DNA of 64,000 nucleotides from Fibrobacter sp. (GTDB taxonomy: Bacteria; Fibrobacterota; Chitinivibrionia; Chitinivibrionales; Chitinispirillaceae), in assembly GCA_012515615.1 (NCBI GenBank), contig JAAYYB010000308.1, forward strand, positions 7,761 to 71,760, read 5' to 3'. The notes beneath the pieces were generated by a model. It was not told where the DNA came from. It did not search any database and saw only the letters and a program-made list of their open reading frames with translations. The translations under genes were made by a program, and so were the position numbers. Positions 61,288 to 64,000 of this stretch are shown here, piece after piece; the first letter of the stretch is position 1; each line of letters begins with the position of its first letter.

Positions 61288-63315
61288 ATGAGCGATCAGT
61301 CATTAGAACTGGCCCTTATAATAAAGGCTATAAATGAGGCCACCGCTCCCCTGTTGACTGTTCAGAGGCAGGTTGCGGAGCTCAACGCCGCCGGCAAGAA
61401 GGTGACTGCGTTTGCCCGGATCCAGAATGATATCAAGGGGATCTCGAAACAGATGGCGATTGTGCGGCACGAGGCCCGCCGGTTCGCTCTGATCGGTGGA
61501 CTTGTCGCCGGGCTCGGTGGCTGGTTTGTAAAGGATCAGCTTGTAGGGACTGCCGCTCAGTTCGAGCAGTTCAGCGCAGTACTCGAGTCTGTAGAGGGAT
61601 CGGCATACGGCGCCAGGCACGCGCTCAACTGGGTTTCAAAATTCGCCATGGATACACCGCTTGAGCTGAGCGGTGTCATGTCCGCTTTTGTACGGCTGAG
61701 GTCATTCGGCCTGAACCCCTACGACGGGACTCTTCAGGCGATAGCAGACGCAAACGCCAGGCTGGGCGGTACACAGGAATCACTGATGGGGATCTCTCTT
61801 GCAATGGGGCAGGCCTGGACCCGCACGAAGCTTCAGGGGCAGGATATTCTTCAGATGATAGAGCGAGGGGTGCCGGTATGGGATCTTCTGTCAAAGGCAA
61901 CGGGAAAGTCTATTCCGGTGCTTCAGAAGATGTCGGAGAAGGGGCTGCTCGGCCGTGATGTCATGAGGCTCATGATTACCGAAATGGGAAAGTGGGCCGG
62001 CGGAGCTTCAGCGCGGCAGATGACAACATGGAACGGCATGATCAGTAACCTGGGAGACAACTGGACCCAGTTTAAAATGTTGGTCATGGATGCCGGCGCA
62101 TTTGAATTCATGAAAGGCAAGCTCTCTGAGATTCTGAAAAATGTCAATGCCATGGCCGAATCAGGAAAGATGAAGGAATACGCGGAGGTAATATCATCTC
62201 ACCTGGTGAAAGCGTTAAAAACCGCCTGGGAAGTTCTTCAGTGGATCTACAAGGCCGGTATGGCTGTGTACAAGGTTCTTGGTATGATTGCCTGGGCAGT
62301 CGGGGGCTGGGGCAACCTGATAAAGATTGCGGCCGCACTGATGATGACCAGGATGGTTATTGCCCTGGCTAAGACATCGTGGGGCTTTGTCAAGCTGGCA
62401 TTTCATATCCTGGGAGCTACAGTTGAAACATACCGCTTTATAGCCAGCGGTAAACTCCTGGCACTTCTTCAGGGCAAGTGGGCCGCATTCGGAAAATTCA
62501 TGTCGTGGCAGTTGTTCAGAATACAGTATTACCTGGTGATAGCCGGAGGCGCAATGAAGTCTTTTGCGCTGACAGCGGCAACAAGGCTGGTCAGCGCTCT
62601 TTCGGTCGCATCCAAAGCTGTCTGGGGCTTTACGACAGCACTTCTGGCGAACCCTGTCACCTGGGTTGTAATCGGAATCGCGGCGCTTGCAGGAGCCGTT
62701 TACCTGATAATAAAGAACTGGGAGAAAGTGAAATCTTTTTTTGCTTCACTGGGGGCATGGTTTGCGGGCCACTGGCAGAAACTCCTTAAAATATTTCTTC
62801 TTCTGAACCCTTTCACCGCTATACTGGTCGGGATGAACGCGTTCCTCAAAAAGTTTACAGGGATGAACCTGTTTCAGGCCGGAGCGAAGATTATCTCTAC
62901 CCTGGTAAACGGCATAAAGAGCATGGCCGCTTCACCGGTAGAGACCCTGAAGAAAATTGTACAGAAAATGCGGAATCTGCTTCCGTTCTCTCCTGCAAAG
63001 GAAGGCCCTTTCAGGGATCTTCATAAGATAAAGCTGATAGAAACACTGACAGCATCAATTACACCGGCACCGATGGTAAAGGCGCTTGCAGGGGTTATGC
63101 AGAAGGCAAGGAGCACTGTTGTGACAGGGCCCGGGAGGCGGCAGGGTGAAGCGGACAGGCACGGAATAGCACTGACATACGCGCCTGTGGTGAATATCAA
63201 TGGAGGCGGTCAGGGAATTCAAAGCAGCTTCGAGCAGATGCTTAACGAGCACAAGAGGCAGATTGTACAGATTATCGAGTCAGCATCGATGAGAAAGGCG
63301 CGGGTGGCGTTCTGA
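61288..63315 (+). CDS. Tail tape measure protein
   Basis: 675 aa with an N-terminal helical TMP core and long hydrophobic Gly/Ala-rich central segments. Its position after the chaperone frameshift supports the call. Confidence 0.85.
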   Translation: MSDQSLELALIIKAINEATAPLLTVQRQVAELNAAGKKVTAFARIQNDIKGISKQMAIVRHEARRFALIGGLVAGLGGWFVKDQLVGTAAQFEQFSAVLESVEGSAYGARHALNWVSKFAMDTPLELSGVMSAFVRLRSFGLNPYDGTLQAIADANARLGGTQESLMGISLAMGQAWTRTKLQGQDILQMIERGVPVWDLLSKATGKSIPVLQKMSEKGLLGRDVMRLMITEMGKWAGGASARQMTTWNGMISNLGDNWTQFKMLVMDAGAFEFMKGKLSEILKNVNAMAESGKMKEYAEVISSHLVKALKTAWEVLQWIYKAGMAVYKVLGMIAWAVGGWGNLIKIAAALMMTRMVIALAKTSWGFVKLAFHILGATVETYRFIASGKLLALLQGKWAAFGKFMSWQLFRIQYYLVIAGGAMKSFALTAATRLVSALSVASKAVWGFTTALLANPVTWVVIGIAALAGAVYLIIKNWEKVKSFFASLGAWFAGHWQKLLKIFLLLNPFTAILVGMNAFLKKFTGMNLFQAGAKIISTLVNGIKSMAASPVETLKKIVQKMRNLLPFSPAKEGPFRDLHKIKLIETLTASITPAPMVKALAGVMQKARSTVVTGPGRRQGEADRHGIALTYAPVVNINGGGQGIQSSFEQMLNEHKRQIVQIIESASMRKARVAF

Positions 63316-63845
63316 TGTACGCTCAGCTTGGCAGTGTGACTTTTGAACTGAAGTCTGTAAACGGCATGGAGATGTCGAGGGCGTACAATTATGCCGAGCA
63401 TGAGATTATTAACGGCAAACCGGTGCTTCAGTTCACAGGAGAGGGTCTGGAGCAGCTTACTCTTGGAATAGAGCTGCACTGGGCTTTTTGTGAGCCATCG
63501 GTTGAGATTAAGAGGCTTCATGTACAGGCAGAAAGTCATGAGATCCTTCCGATGACATTTGCATCGGGAGAGCACGCCGGGAATTACGTACTATGCAATA
63601 TCCAGCAGACAGTGACCCAGACCGATTCCGAGGGCCGGCTGGTGTTTGCGGCGGTGATCCTGACACTGAAGGAGTGTCCTGAGAAAATCACGATCCAGAA
63701 GGAGATAAAAAAGCAGATGGAGAACGCCCCCGGGATTGCATCGGGACTCGCTCCGGTATCGGCCCGCTCTGTACCGACATCGGCGGCCGGTTTTCCCAGG
63801 ACAAATTATCTTGCGATTGTCAGACAGGCAGCGATAGCGGAATAA
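63315..63845 (+). CDS. P2 gpU-like tail protein
   Basis: 176 aa. MYAQLGSVTFEL...YNYAEHEIINGKPVLQFTGEGLEQLTLGIEL follows the gpU pattern. Confidence 0.75.
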   Translation: MYAQLGSVTFELKSVNGMEMSRAYNYAEHEIINGKPVLQFTGEGLEQLTLGIELHWAFCEPSVEIKRLHVQAESHEILPMTFASGEHAGNYVLCNIQQTVTQTDSEGRLVFAAVILTLKECPEKITIQKEIKKQMENAPGIASGLAPVSARSVPTSAAGFPRTNYLAIVRQAAIAE

Positions 63846-63848
63846 ACG

Positions 63849-64000
63849 ATGGCTGAGAGTCAGTATATAGAGCATGTAACCAGTGATGGAGAGCGGTGGG
63901 ATACAATAGCCTGGAAGTATTACGGAGATGTTTCTAAAATGGGAATAATCATAAAAGCAAACCCGTATGTGCCGATTCAACCGATATTTCCAGCCGGTTT
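63849..64000 (+). CDS. P2 gpX-like tail protein (truncated by the window end)
   Basis: ...GERWDTIAWKYYGD...IIKANP resembles the LysM-like tail protein X N-terminus. Confidence 0.65.
   Translation, partial: MAESQYIEHVTSDGERWDTIAWKYYGDVSKMGIIIKANPYVPIQPIFPAG

Larger units (their letters stand above)
34090..64000. mobile_element. Mu-like transposable myovirus prophage (left boundary approximate; right end outside the window)
   Basis: It carries MuA-type DDE transposase, MuB-type ATPase, Ner/CI regulators, Gam, GemA, Mor, MuF, gpG, a DUF935 portal, gp36/gp37 and P2/Mu-type contractile tail genes. There is no integrase. It starts right after the host rpmA terminator. Confidence 0.85.

Noticed and set aside
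34090-64000. Search for an integrase/att-tRNA type integration module, or for reverse transcriptase/DGR, retron, or toxin-antitoxin signatures in the prophage.
   Set aside because: No tyrosine or serine recombinase, RT or recognisable TA family was seen in any frame. The presence of MuA/MuB explains integration, and the tRNA at 19325 is 15 kb away and unrelated.

Overview
The window holds about 34 kb of chromosome from a diderm bacterium, followed by at least 30 kb of a Mu-like transposable myovirus prophage that runs off the right edge. The host is probably from the FCB superphylum, because it has a SprA-like T9SS giant outer-membrane protein next to a GldK/J-type FGE-domain protein.

Host part (almost all on the + strand), in order:
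- mreB-mreC-mreD-mrdA-rodA.
- A roughly 4-kb accessory island full of repeats. It carries an IS200/RayT-type Y1 transposase with arrays of TCACCCCAGAGGTGA hairpin REPs, a 168-bp MITE, a secreted protein, and an AT-rich orphan gene with a PD-(D/E)xK-like motif.
- A CheY-like response regulator, then secD-secF.
- DUF4159 plus a 1079-aa coiled-coil membrane protein, a small OMP and an M23 peptidase.
- tRNA(CAT)-tilS, then a second, inverted copy of the MITE.
- ftsH-folP, an FGE-like protein, sprA, rng, and rplU-rpmA with a terminator.

Prophage part (about 34.1 to 64.0 kb):
- The early and lysis arm is on the minus strand: Ner-like, MuA, MuB, GemA, Gam, a radical-SAM enzyme, Mor, amidase, a class-3 lipase, and an AT-rich terminal cassette.
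- A CI-type repressor plus a secreted moron are on the plus strand.
- The terminase-portal-MuF-G block is on the minus strand.
- The protease/scaffold, capsid, sheath, tube, frameshifted chaperone, tape measure, gpU and gpX genes are on the plus strand.
- No integrase is present, which fits transposition.

The most unusual signals are all visible in the sequence:
1. A GTAG-flanked 24-bp GC palindrome family sits inside prophage genes, with compensatory stem changes.
2. Several families of 8-10-bp tandem micro-repeats lie at gene junctions (ATGGACNNN, always on the + strand; CGGATTANN; ACGAGGGT).
3. A small radical-SAM gene lies in the Mu-type early operon.
4. A lipase is coupled to the endolysin.
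5. MuF is fused to an HExxH domain.
6. A counter-oriented small acidic gene with a consensus sigma-70 promoter lies between MuF and G.
7. The module order is inverted in three places.

Functional interpretations are inference. No searches were run.
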